Shown in pieces: positions 10,196 to 22,249 of a stretch of 64,000 bases of DNA (position 1 is its first letter; every line of letters begins with the position of its first letter). The stretch is from Myxococcota bacterium (GTDB lineage: Bacteria > Myxococcota_A > Polyangia > Nannocystales > Nannocystaceae): the NCBI GenBank assembly GCA_039194325.1, contig JBCCWC010000014.1, positions 1 to 64,000 of the forward strand, read 5' to 3'. The translations under genes were made by a program, and so were the position numbers. The notes beneath the pieces were generated by a model. That model made no database searches and was not told where the DNA came from. It was given only the letters and a program-made list of their open reading frames with translations.

Positions 10196-10845
10196 GATGA
10201 CTTCTTGCTGACGATGACCTCGCCTTCGCGGATCACGCTGGTCCCGCGCAGCGCCGCGGCCCGGACGACCCGAATGACCACCGCGTCCTTCACCGATGGG
10301 CTGTGCTCTACGCCCACCACTCGAAATAGCTTGGGATCGACGGGTACCCCGATCCTGGCCCGTCGGTCGATCCCCATGGCCCCCAACAACCCTTCGAGGC
10401 GGGCCGCGATCCCTTCGAGTCCGCGGTCTACGGCCGGTCGATCGGCGACCGACCGGCGGGCATCGTCGAGGCGGTCGAGCACGTCGAGCACGGGCGCGGG
10501 GTCGAGCCCCGAGCCCTGAGCAGGGCCTGGGCTGACGCCCGATTGAGGACCGGCAGAGCGGGGTCGTTCGCTCAATAAGCGCGAGATCTCGTCGAGACGC
10601 AGCGAGAGCTTGCTCTGCGCCCGGATCATCGTGCGCATGCGTTCTTCTAGGTTCATGACCCAAGCAGGCCGCGCACTCTGCTGCTCGTCTGGTTCGAGAT
10701 GGTCGATACGATTACTACTATTAATAGTGCGAGTAATCGTACGAGCACCGTTGTTGGCGCTGGAGGAATCGCCGACATCGGTGTGCGTGCGAGTGTTGGT
10801 CTTCGCGATTCGCGACCTCAACCAACGAACGAGACGTGCGCGCAT
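10192..10845 (-). CDS. GrpE-like nucleotide exchange factor
   Basis: VLDVLDRLDDA..GLEGIAARLEGLL..GVPVDPKLFRVVG..VIRVVRAA..VIREGEVIV resembles GrpE C-terminus; ATGA overlap with Hsp70; start uncertain. Confidence 0.85.
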   Translation of the reverse strand: MRARLVRWLRSRIAKTNTRTHTDVGDSSSANNGARTITRTINSSNRIDHLEPDEQQSARPAWVMNLEERMRTMIRAQSKLSLRLDEISRLLSERPRSAGPQSGVSPGPAQGSGLDPAPVLDVLDRLDDARRSVADRPAVDRGLEGIAARLEGLLGAMGIDRRARIGVPVDPKLFRVVGVEHSPSVKDAVVIRVVRAAALRGTSVIREGEVIVSKKSS

Positions 10846-11424
10846 GCGCGCATCATCTACTATGCAAAAAGAACTCTGGCAACTCCATGGGCCGGTCGGG
10901 ATTCGAGCAAAAACCCTTATTTCCTTGTTCGTTGCCCATCATCATGATCATCGAGCGAAGAGATCTCTCTCTCATTTTCTCTTATCCACACAGTGAGTCA
11001 TTTCGGCCCAGCACTCGCTTGCTGGAGTTGCAACTATTCCTAAAGAACAAACACTCTACTCGCTCCAACGACTGAAACAACACGGTCCATCACTGACCGT
11101 TCGTCGCACGGAAGTCATTGCGCACAAGAGCAACTCGCGTAAGTCGAACCCGTATAGACTACGCGGTCTGAGATCCAAAGCAGCGATCAGCGGCTCGATC
11201 ATCCCACCATCCTGCGATTGTAAATGAAACATTTCGGTCCAGTGTGACTCCAGTGCTATCCAAGCCAAGCAAGGAATGTTCGTTCGCGAGTCGTGAGTCA
11301 TTTGGGTCCAGTCTCAACGCAGCCACACCGCACTCGATGGCACGTTCGCTGATCGTCTGGATCCATAGGACGGATGCCGTCCGCTGCGACGGCCAAACCG
11401 TGGGCGCGGGAGGCGCTCCAGATC

Positions 11425-12111
11425 TCACTGCGGTGGACGCTGCAGCGCACGCCGCAGCACGCAGTGGGCCGGATCGATCACCTCGCCACGGCGGTACCGA
11501 TCGAGCAGCACCCGCGATTGGCGAGCGAGCAGGCGGCGAACCTCCCGCCGCATGCCCTTGACCCGCGGGATCTTCATCGAGTCGTACGCGGTGCTGTGAT
11601 GACGCAACCACGCGATCGTGGCCGCCTCGGCGCGGCGCTCCACCGAGATCCGCTGGGTCCTGGCCACGGTGCCGCTGCCCACCGGCACCGCGTGCGCGGC
11701 GATGGCCGCGGCGACCTCTTGGGCGAGCTTGGCGTATCGCGGGGCGAACCGCAGGAACTCGCGCACGGCCCCCTCGAATTGCTCGGCGTAGGCGGCGTGC
11801 TTCTTGGCGCGGCGCGCTCGATCATTCTCGAGGCGCTGCGCGTAGCGGGGATCGCTGCGCTCGACGCTCAGCTCGGCCTTGATCCGCTCGATCGTCTCTT
11901 TGGGCGCCCACACGCCCCGGGAGAACATCTTGCGCCCGCGTGGTTGCTTGATCGTCCACGCGGGGCCCGCTTGCTTGACGCGGCGGGTGAGGGTGGCGTC
12001 GCCGGGGGGCAGCAGGGCCCACCCGGCGGGTACCGTCAGCACCGTCCCGTCGGGGGTCCGGGGTCGATCGGGGGCGGGGCCGACCAGCAGATCACGGCTA
12101 CACTCGGGCAC
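11425..12111 (-). CDS. DUF2293 domain-containing protein
   Basis: PAGWALLPPGDATLTRRVK..GRKMFSRGVWAP..PVGSGTVART..IAWLRHHSTAYD pattern. Confidence 0.85.
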   Translation of the reverse strand: MPECSRDLLVGPAPDRPRTPDGTVLTVPAGWALLPPGDATLTRRVKQAGPAWTIKQPRGRKMFSRGVWAPKETIERIKAELSVERSDPRYAQRLENDRARRAKKHAAYAEQFEGAVREFLRFAPRYAKLAQEVAAAIAAHAVPVGSGTVARTQRISVERRAEAATIAWLRHHSTAYDSMKIPRVKGMRREVRRLLARQSRVLLDRYRRGEVIDPAHCVLRRALQRPPQ

Positions 12112-12255
12112 GGGTTGGACGTGTAGACGAACGCGGGGCGTCGCTCAACCGTTATCCACTGGTAGCCCGGCGGTAGCCCGGCGGTCGCCCGCACGGCCGC
12201 CCGGTCCCTCGGCCCATACTGCCTCGGTCTATACTCCCTCGTATACTGGGGCACC

Positions 12256-14187
12256 TTGACGATCCTCACCGCCAACGATCTGCGTCATCGCTATGGCATT
12301 CGCGAGATCCTCCAGGGCGCATCACTGGGGATCGAGGGGCGCGAGCGCCTGGGCCTGGTCGGGCGCAACGGCTCGGGCAAGACCACCCTGGTGCGGATCC
12401 TGGCCGGCGAGCTTGCGCCCGACCAGGGGGAGGTCGTGCGGCGCACGGGCCTGCGGGTGGGGTACCTGGCGCAGGAGCCTCGCTTCGAGCCCGGCCAGAC
12501 CGCGGTCGAGGCGGTGCTGTCGGGTCTCGAGGCGTGGCAGGCCGCGCTCGATCGACACACGGAGATCTCGGCTCGCCTGGAGGCCGGCGGGGATGACCTC
12601 GAGCCGCTGCTGCTGGCCCAGGCGGAGGCGGCCGCGGAGGTCGAGCGCCTCGGGGGATGGGAGAAGCGGCACGAGGCGGCCATGGTCCTGGGCCATGTGG
12701 GGGTGGAGCAGATCGACGCGTCGGTCGATCCGATGAGCGGGGGAGAGCGGCGGCGAGTGGCGCTGGCCCGTGTGCTGGTGTCGGCCCCCGATCTGGCGAT
12801 CCTCGACGAGCCCACCAACCACCTCGACATCGCGGCGATCGAGTGGCTGGAGCGCTGGCTCGTCGAGCGCTTCGAGGGAGCGCTGGTGCTGGTCACCCAC
12901 GATCGCTACCTGCTCGACCGCGTGGTGAGTCGCACCTTGGAGGTGGATGAGGGGCGGGTCTACTCCTACGACGGCGGGTGGGGCATGTTCCTCGAAGCCA
13001 AGGCGGAGCGAGCGGCCCACGCCGAGCGGGTCGAGGCCAACCGGCGCAATTTCCTGCGGCGCGAGCTCGAGTGGTTGCGGCGCACGCCGCAGGCTCGCAC
13101 CACCAAGCAAAAGGCCCGGATCCAGCGGGCCGAGGCGGCGATTGCCCAGTCGGGCCCGGCGATCGAGCGCAACGCTCGGATCGAGATGGAGCACGTGCGC
13201 AGCGGCAGCACGATCCTTGAGGCGGAACAGCTGGCGGTCGACGTGCCGGGCCGACGCTTGGTGACGGGGCTGACCCTGCGGCTGTCCCAGGGGGAACGGA
13301 TCGGGATCGTGGGGCCCAACGGCTGCGGCAAGACCAGCCTGCTGCGGGCCCTGACCGGCCAGGCCGAGCCCGCGGCGGGCACGGTGACCCGCGGCAAGAA
13401 CACGCGGGTGGCGTTCCTCGACCAGCAGCGCGGGGGGCTGCGCGACGAGGCGACGATCTACGACAACGTGGCGGAGGGCCGCGGTCACGTCGAGCTGGGG
13501 GGGCGGACCCTGGAGATCCGCGCCTACCTCGAGCGCTTCTTGTTCTCGTCGCACGAGCAGCGCAAGCCGGTGGGCACGCTGTCGGGCGGTGAGCGGGCGC
13601 GGGTGGCCCTGGCCCGGACCTTGCGCGAAGGGGCCAACGTGGTGGTGCTCGACGAGCCCACCAACGATCTCGATGTCACCACGCTGGCTGCCCTGGAGCA
13701 GTCGCTGCTCGACTACCCGGGCACGCTGCTGGTGGTCACCCACGACCGGTGGTTCCTCGACCGGATCGCGACCTCGGTGTTGGTCTTCGAGGGCGAGCGG
13801 GTGGTGCAGTACCCGGGCGGCTATGCGGACTACCTGGCCCGCCGCAAAGCCACGCCGTCGGTCGAGCCCACGGCATCGGGCAAGCCCACCGCATCGGGCA
13901 AGCCCACGGCGTCGGGCAAGAAGCTCACCCACGACAAGACCGGCGCGCTGCCGGCTCGATCGGGCCTGACCTGGTCCGAGCAGCGTGAGCTCGAGGGCTT
14001 GCTCGATCGGGTCGAGCAGGCCGAGCAGCGCGTCGCCGCGCTCGAGACCGAGCTGAGCGATCCCGCGTTCTACGAGCGCTCCGACGACGAACGTCGGGTA
14101 TTCTTTGAGCGATTGCAGGCGGCGCGAGCGGAGGCCGAGGCCATGACCGAGCGCTGGACCGAGCTCGAAGAGCGCCGTGAGGCGTAG
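12256..14187 (+). CDS. ABC-F family ATP-binding protein (Uup-like)
   Basis: Two ABC domains (GRNGSGKT/MSGGE/LDEPTNHLD; GPNGCGKT/LSGGE/LDEPTNDLD), no TM segments, C-terminal coiled coil; TTG start. Confidence 0.92.
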   Translation: MTILTANDLRHRYGIREILQGASLGIEGRERLGLVGRNGSGKTTLVRILAGELAPDQGEVVRRTGLRVGYLAQEPRFEPGQTAVEAVLSGLEAWQAALDRHTEISARLEAGGDDLEPLLLAQAEAAAEVERLGGWEKRHEAAMVLGHVGVEQIDASVDPMSGGERRRVALARVLVSAPDLAILDEPTNHLDIAAIEWLERWLVERFEGALVLVTHDRYLLDRVVSRTLEVDEGRVYSYDGGWGMFLEAKAERAAHAERVEANRRNFLRRELEWLRRTPQARTTKQKARIQRAEAAIAQSGPAIERNARIEMEHVRSGSTILEAEQLAVDVPGRRLVTGLTLRLSQGERIGIVGPNGCGKTSLLRALTGQAEPAAGTVTRGKNTRVAFLDQQRGGLRDEATIYDNVAEGRGHVELGGRTLEIRAYLERFLFSSHEQRKPVGTLSGGERARVALARTLREGANVVVLDEPTNDLDVTTLAALEQSLLDYPGTLLVVTHDRWFLDRIATSVLVFEGERVVQYPGGYADYLARRKATPSVEPTASGKPTASGKPTASGKKLTHDKTGALPARSGLTWSEQRELEGLLDRVEQAEQRVAALETELSDPAFYERSDDERRVFFERLQAARAEAEAMTERWTELEERREA

Positions 14188-14204
14188 ACTTTTGCCCCAG
14201 TAGG

Positions 14205-14324
14205 TCAGTGTAAGGAAGTTGACGGGATCGGTTTCGTTACGTTAGGAAGCAGATCCATTACCCGTATTTCTTAACGTAAGAAGAATCAATGTTTCAAACT
14301 GAACAGTTTCCTGGCTTACACTGA
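14205..14324. promoter_or_regulatory. AT-rich leader with nested inverted repeats upstream of VWA gene
   Basis: TCAGTGTAAG (14205-14214)/CTTACACTGA (14315-14324); TTACGTTAGGAA (14237-14248)/TTCTTAACGTAA (14268-14279); AAACTG-AA-CAGTTT (14296-14309). Confidence 0.5.
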
Positions 14325-14346
14325 ATTAGTGAGCTAATCCATAAGG

Positions 14347-15597
14347 GTGATGTCTACTGCCCCCAAGGTTTTCAGCCTCAGCGTGGCGATTGGTTTGCTC
14401 TGCATCGGGTGTGATCCCGGGTCTCGCGGCAGCGGCGACGACTCCAGCCTCGAGACGGGCGTGCAGCTCCCGGGCACCGGAGGCATGTCCGACGACGCGA
14501 CGGCCTCCGGCGGCGGCGACGAGCCTGGCTCGGCCGACGGCAGCGGCACGGCCGGTGACGGTCCCGACAGCGATTCCAACGGTGATCCCGACGGCACGAG
14601 CGGTTCGGGCGAGCCCGGCGACGACGGTCCGCCCCCGTGCAACGACGAGACGATCCAGCTGGCGGTCGAGCCACCGCAGGTGGTGCTGCTGCTCGACAAG
14701 TCCGGCAGCATGGTTCAAAACGAGTGGGATCACGACGACGATCCGGTCACGCCGTCGATCACCCGCTGGAACAGCCTCTACAACGTGGTCGATACGCTGA
14801 CCCACGACGTGGAGGACGGGATGGAGCTGGGCATGGTGCTGTTCCCCTCGGCGTCGCTCACCGAGACCGATGCGGCCACCGCTTGCATGGTCGATTCCGA
14901 TCCGGCCGCTTCGGTCAGCCTGAACAACGCCGACTCCATCGTCAGCGCCCTGCCCGATGCCCAGACCACCGAGATCTACGGAGGTACCCCGGTCAGCGGA
15001 GGGATGAGCGTGGTGTTGGAGCACCTGGCGGAGGTCGAGGACGGTCGCGCACAGGCGATCTTGCTGGTGACCGACGGTGCGGCCAACTGCATGGACGGGA
15101 CCTCGGGCAACGACGTGTTCACCGAGTACGACGCCGAGCTCGCGCCGCTGGTGGCGGGGGCGTTCTCCGAGGGGATCCCCACCTACGTGGTCGGAGTCGA
15201 CATCCTCGACGAGGTGGGGATCTACCCCGAGGACAACCCCTACGTGCGCCTCAACGAGCTGGCGCAGGCCGGCGGGGTGCCTCAGCAGGGCGGGATGGAC
15301 TCGTTTTACAACACCACCGACGAGACGCAGCTGCTCCAGGCGCTGGGAGAGATCACCAGCGAGCTGGGGTGCACGATCGAGCTGACCGTACCGCCGGAGT
15401 TCGAAAACCAGCTGACGGTCGAGATCGGCGGTGTCGAGGTGCCCCGGGTCGATCAATGCGAGGCCGACGGCGAGGGGTGGCGCTACCTGCAAGACTCCGC
15501 GCCGTACACCTCCATCGAGCTGTGCCCCGGTAGCTGCGACTCGGCCCAGACCACGGCCGCGCTCGACGTCGAGTACAGCTGCATACCTCAGGGGTGA
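14347..15597 (+). CDS. VWA-domain lipoprotein
   Basis: Lipobox-like LLCIGC, G/D/S-rich linker, MIDAS LLDKSGSM, GGTP, LVTDGAAN, PTYVVG; Cys-containing C-terminal domain. Confidence 0.85.
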   Translation: MMSTAPKVFSLSVAIGLLCIGCDPGSRGSGDDSSLETGVQLPGTGGMSDDATASGGGDEPGSADGSGTAGDGPDSDSNGDPDGTSGSGEPGDDGPPPCNDETIQLAVEPPQVVLLLDKSGSMVQNEWDHDDDPVTPSITRWNSLYNVVDTLTHDVEDGMELGMVLFPSASLTETDAATACMVDSDPAASVSLNNADSIVSALPDAQTTEIYGGTPVSGGMSVVLEHLAEVEDGRAQAILLVTDGAANCMDGTSGNDVFTEYDAELAPLVAGAFSEGIPTYVVGVDILDEVGIYPEDNPYVRLNELAQAGGVPQQGGMDSFYNTTDETQLLQALGEITSELGCTIELTVPPEFENQLTVEIGGVEVPRVDQCEADGEGWRYLQDSAPYTSIELCPGSCDSAQTTAALDVEYSCIPQG

Positions 15598-15611
15598 GCG
15601 CGCCGACCGTG

Positions 15612-15663
15612 CGGTGGGCCGGGCGGTGGGCCGAGCGGCGGGCCGGGCGGTGGGCCGAGCGGC
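15612..15663. repeat. 12-bp tandem repeat G(T/C)GGGCCG(G/A)GCG, about 4 copies
   Basis: Directly visible after the VWA stop codon. Confidence 0.8.
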
Positions 15664-15922
15664 GCGCCCGGCCGACCGACCACCCGTTGGTGCGTCCACA
15701 CCGGTGGCGTTGATAAGAACGCCCTTTCGTTGGGGGCGGTCGTCCTCGTCGCGCTCGGGGTCTCACTATCGCTCGCTGCGACCCGGAGCATTCGGTCCAT
15801 TGTCCGAACGGCGCTGGCCGATCATGGGCCGATCACGGTCCGATCACGGTCCGCGGCCCGGACGGACAATCGCGGAGGCGGCCGAGTCCGTGGTACGTCG
15901 ATTCGAAGCGTAGGCGTACATC

Positions 15923-17212
15923 ATGGACGGCGCTTCTCCGATGGCGAGAGACTACGACCAGCCGACCAGGGCCACACCCGGTGCGGAGCTCGAGTGGGCG
16001 GTTGGCGCGTTGCCCTCCCAGGGCGACGTGATCGACGGCAAGTACGTGCTGGGGGAGCGCCTGGGTCAAGGGGGCATGGGGGTCGTCTACCTGGCCAACG
16101 ATATTCGCCTGAACCGGCCGGTGGCGATCAAGCTGGTGCACCCGGTGATCGCCGACGATCCGGATCTCGGCGCGATCTTCCAGCGCGAGGCCGAGAGCAT
16201 GGCCCAGCTGCGGCACCCCAACATCGTCGAGATCTACGACATCGGTCGGGTGGGGGTGCTGCGGTATCTGGTGATGCCCTATCACAAGGGCGACAACCTC
16301 GTGCAGTGGATCAGCAACAACGGCGAGCTCCCCCTGCCCGTCGACGTGGCCATCGATCTGCTGGTCCAGATCTGCGAGGGGCTCGAGGAGATGCACAGCC
16401 ACGGCCTGATCCACGGCGACGTCAAGCCGGGCAACGTCCTGGTCTCCGACACGCTGGCGGTGACGCTGGTCGACCTGGGCCTGACCCGATCGATCTGGGA
16501 GCTCGACGATCTCGACGCGGTGCGGGGAACGCCGGGCTACATGGCCCCGGAGCTCACCCGCCGGGTGCGGCACCCGCTGACCCCCAAGGTCGACATCTAT
16601 GCGCTGGGCGTGATGGCCTACTACCTGCTCACCGGCGTCAGGCCTCGCGACGGCGAGGATCGGCCCGAGGAGGATCCGATGCGCGAGACGATCGTCCTGC
16701 CCAGCGAGCGTCGGCCATCGCTGGGGCCGGGGTTCGACATCCCGATCGTGCAGGCCCTCGATCTCGATCCCGCGGTGCGCCCCAACATCGCTCGGTTTCG
16801 CGAGGCCCTCCTCGCGGCGCGCGAGACCCCGGGCGAGCGGCCGCTGGTGATGCTCGTCGACGACGACGACAACTCGCTGATGCTGATGGCGGAGATCGTG
16901 CGGGCGGCCGTCGATGCGGAGATCGTCGAGTTTTGCGATGCACGAGCCGCGCTTTGTGCCATCGAGGAGCGCCTTCCCGCGCTGGTGATCTCGGATCTGC
17001 TGATGCCGGGCATGACCGGGATCGACCTGACCGCGGCCCTGCGGGATCACCCCCAGACCCAGGAGATCCCGGTGGTGGTGGTCTCGGCCGTCGGCGGCGC
17101 CGACGACTGGCAGGTCCTGCAGGGGCTCGGCTCGGTGTGCTTCTTGGTCAAGCCGATCATCCCCGAGGTGCTCAGCGACGTGGTCCACCGGATGCTGCGG
17201 TCTCGACGGTGA
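15923..17212 (+). CDS. Ser/Thr protein kinase fused to C-terminal response-regulator receiver domain
   Basis: LGQGGMGVVY, VAIK, HGDVKPGN, DLG, GTPGYMAPE; receiver MLVDDD, ISDLLMPGMTG, FLVKP. Confidence 0.9.
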   Translation: MDGASPMARDYDQPTRATPGAELEWAVGALPSQGDVIDGKYVLGERLGQGGMGVVYLANDIRLNRPVAIKLVHPVIADDPDLGAIFQREAESMAQLRHPNIVEIYDIGRVGVLRYLVMPYHKGDNLVQWISNNGELPLPVDVAIDLLVQICEGLEEMHSHGLIHGDVKPGNVLVSDTLAVTLVDLGLTRSIWELDDLDAVRGTPGYMAPELTRRVRHPLTPKVDIYALGVMAYYLLTGVRPRDGEDRPEEDPMRETIVLPSERRPSLGPGFDIPIVQALDLDPAVRPNIARFREALLAARETPGERPLVMLVDDDDNSLMLMAEIVRAAVDAEIVEFCDARAALCAIEERLPALVISDLLMPGMTGIDLTAALRDHPQTQEIPVVVVSAVGGADDWQVLQGLGSVCFLVKPIIPEVLSDVVHRMLRSRR

Positions 17213-19292
17213 AGACCTCGACGGGCTCCCGCTTGCCCTTGAGGCGAATGGGCTCGAGCGCGCGGTAACGCAGCCCCTCGGGGTTGCCGGCGGCGGTGCG
17301 CACGGGCGCCGACAGCAGCACCTGCCCCGGCTCGGCCGCAGAGCACAGCCGAGCGCCCAGGTTCACCGCGTCGCCGATCACGGTGTAGTCCATGCGGTGA
17401 CGAGCCCCCATGGCGCCCAGCACCACCTCGCCCGCGTTGAGCCCCACGCCCACCTTCATGCAGGGGGCGTCCTCGGGGAGCTCGGCGTTGATCCGCTCCA
17501 CCGCCTCGACCATCTTCACCGCGCAGGCCAGGGCCCGTGACTCCATGGAGGGGCCGCGGAAGGTGGCCATCAGCTCGTCACCCACGAACTTGTCGATGTC
17601 GCCGCCGTGCTCCTCGACGACCTGGGCCTGAGCGTCGAGGTAGTGGTTGAGCATGGCCACGACCTCCTCGGGCTCGACGGTCTCCGAGAACGCGGTGAAG
17701 CCCCGGATGTCGGAGAAGAGCACGGTCATGCGGGTGCGGTGGCCCTTGCGCTCGATCCCGGTGCGCGCGGCGTCGACCGAGCCCACGGTGGCCTTGCTGA
17801 CGAACTTGGACAGCTCGAGCTTCTTGCGGATCTCCTCGATCATCAGGTTGAGACGCCGGGCGAGGCGGCCGATCTCGTCCTCCGAGCGCACGGGTACCCG
17901 CTCGTCGAGCTGCCCTTCGCCGACCCGGTCGGCTACGTCGCCCATGGTGGCCACCGGGCGAACCACCAGCGCGCGTAGGCCCGCATAAAGTAGCCCGATC
18001 GTCAGCACGATCGTCAGCACGGCAAAGCCCAGGCCCGTGGTCACCAGGCGACGACGGCCCCGCGCCGCCTCGCTGGTGTCCACCACCACCTCGATCGCAC
18101 CGCGGAGCGGGTGGTCGTCGCCGTGGCACTGCTGGCACTCGGGATCGTTGGCCAGCGGGGCCACGTAGACGAAGCGGGCGTCGTCGTCCTGTAGCTCGCC
18201 CGTCGACGCGGACGCGTCGGTCTGCGCCAGAGCCTGCGCCACCGCAGCCGAAGGCGAGGGGCGGACGAAGGCATCGCGATACAGGCGCCCCTGCCCGTCG
18301 TGCAGCGTCAGCGTGGTCACGGCCCCCGTGGCGGCCACCTCGTCGAGGAAGCGGGCGATCAAGCGACCGAGCCCGGCCAGCATCACGTGGCGCAGGGACA
18401 CGTCGGCCGCGTCGACGATCGCGGCCCGGGGCTCGGGCAAAGACGTGGTCAGGGTCAGCACCGCTCCGCGCCACGAGTCCTCGGCGTCGTGGCAGGCGTG
18501 GCACTGGGGATCGTTGGGCAGCGGCCGCAGCCGTGCGGTCCGCTCACCGGCGCTCAGGCTGACCGGCTGTCCGCCCTGGATCGCCCGGGCGAGGGTGGCC
18601 GTCGGAAGATCGGGCTCGGCGCCAAAGGCCAGCTCCCCCTCGGGATCCACCACCGCGACCCCGGCCAGGCCATCGACATGGGTGGCCATCTCGCTAAAGT
18701 AGGCGTCGAGATCGTCCTCCTTCTCGGCGGTCATGATCTGCACGAAGGCCGAGGTCGAGACTGCACCCAGCACATCGAGGGTCTCGTCGCCCCCGTTCAG
18801 CTCGAGGCGGGCGCCGGCCGTGCCCAGGGTCAGCACGCCGCGCAGCGAGCCTTGTGGGTGGCAGCGCTGGCAACGATCCTCGTTGAGGATCGGCAGCACC
18901 GTGGTCTTGGCGTCGGGATCGGGCGCGGGCTGCCCCGCGAGTGCCTGCTGGATGTGAGCGTCCAGCTGGTCGTACGGAGGGGGCGCAGGGATCTCGCCGA
19001 ACACCTCCTCGCCGTTGGGTGCATAGATGTGGACCTCGGCGGTGGACAGCCGCCCGCGAGCGTCGCGGATCATCGAGCGTGCGGTGATCCCATTGCCGGT
19101 CAGCATCGCGGTGCGCACGCCAGCGGTCAGCCCTTGGGCCATGCTCTGCGCCGCCGCCTGCCCGTTTCGCCGCATCTGCTGGGATTGCAGGTGAGCGTTG
19201 ATCGCCGCCGGGATCGCAAAGCCCAGCGCCAGCGTCATCAGCAAGATGAGGGCAATCTTGGCGACCAGATGCCGGCGGACGATGGCCCACAT
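17172..19292 (-). CDS. Class III adenylate cyclase with triheme periplasmic sensor and HAMP domain
   Basis: TM, three CXXCH (CQRCH, CHACH, CQQCH), TM, HAMP (EDEIGRLARRLNLM), cyclase FSDIRGFT, DKFVGD, DYTVIGDAVNLGARL. Confidence 0.92.
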   Translation of the reverse strand: MWAIVRRHLVAKIALILLMTLALGFAIPAAINAHLQSQQMRRNGQAAAQSMAQGLTAGVRTAMLTGNGITARSMIRDARGRLSTAEVHIYAPNGEEVFGEIPAPPPYDQLDAHIQQALAGQPAPDPDAKTTVLPILNEDRCQRCHPQGSLRGVLTLGTAGARLELNGGDETLDVLGAVSTSAFVQIMTAEKEDDLDAYFSEMATHVDGLAGVAVVDPEGELAFGAEPDLPTATLARAIQGGQPVSLSAGERTARLRPLPNDPQCHACHDAEDSWRGAVLTLTTSLPEPRAAIVDAADVSLRHVMLAGLGRLIARFLDEVAATGAVTTLTLHDGQGRLYRDAFVRPSPSAAVAQALAQTDASASTGELQDDDARFVYVAPLANDPECQQCHGDDHPLRGAIEVVVDTSEAARGRRRLVTTGLGFAVLTIVLTIGLLYAGLRALVVRPVATMGDVADRVGEGQLDERVPVRSEDEIGRLARRLNLMIEEIRKKLELSKFVSKATVGSVDAARTGIERKGHRTRMTVLFSDIRGFTAFSETVEPEEVVAMLNHYLDAQAQVVEEHGGDIDKFVGDELMATFRGPSMESRALACAVKMVEAVERINAELPEDAPCMKVGVGLNAGEVVLGAMGARHRMDYTVIGDAVNLGARLCSAAEPGQVLLSAPVRTAAGNPEGLRYRALEPIRLKGKREPVEVFTVETAASGGPRR

Positions 19293-19445
19293 GTCGCCCT
19301 GATGCTACGACGGCCGGCGGTTCGATGCGCGTATTTTCCGCTCGTTCGGATTGCCCGGGCCACGGAAGCGGGCACCTCGCCCGGCTGGCGGGTGTAGGGT
19401 GCTCGGACCACGCCAGACGAGGTCGATCACGAGCGCGGGGAGCCG

Positions 19446-22157
<2,712 letters not shown>

Positions 22158-22249
22158 GCCGCTCGCGCGCGGCGGGCGGTTAGAGCGGGTTGAGTGGGAC
22201 GAGCGGGTCGTTTCGGTCGCGGTCTCGATCCTGCTAGGTTGGCGCTCGC

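Noticed and set aside
8543..10663. ORF-track N-terminal extensions of Hsp70, and likewise uvrD, cysI, M23, DOT1 and CHAT genes
   Set aside because: Extensions overlap neighbouring genes or repeats; family homology begins at downstream ATGs
10982..10990. Replication origin suggested by a perfect DnaA box in an AT-rich region
   Set aside because: Only one perfect box (one near-match at about 12152), no box cluster and no dnaA/dnaN/gidA context
11008..11033. CIRCE (HrcA) operator upstream of grpE-hsp70: CCAGCACTC-N8-GAGTTGCAA
   Set aside because: Spacer is 8 rather than 9 nt and both arms deviate from TTAGCACTC-N9-GAGTGCTAA; too weak to call
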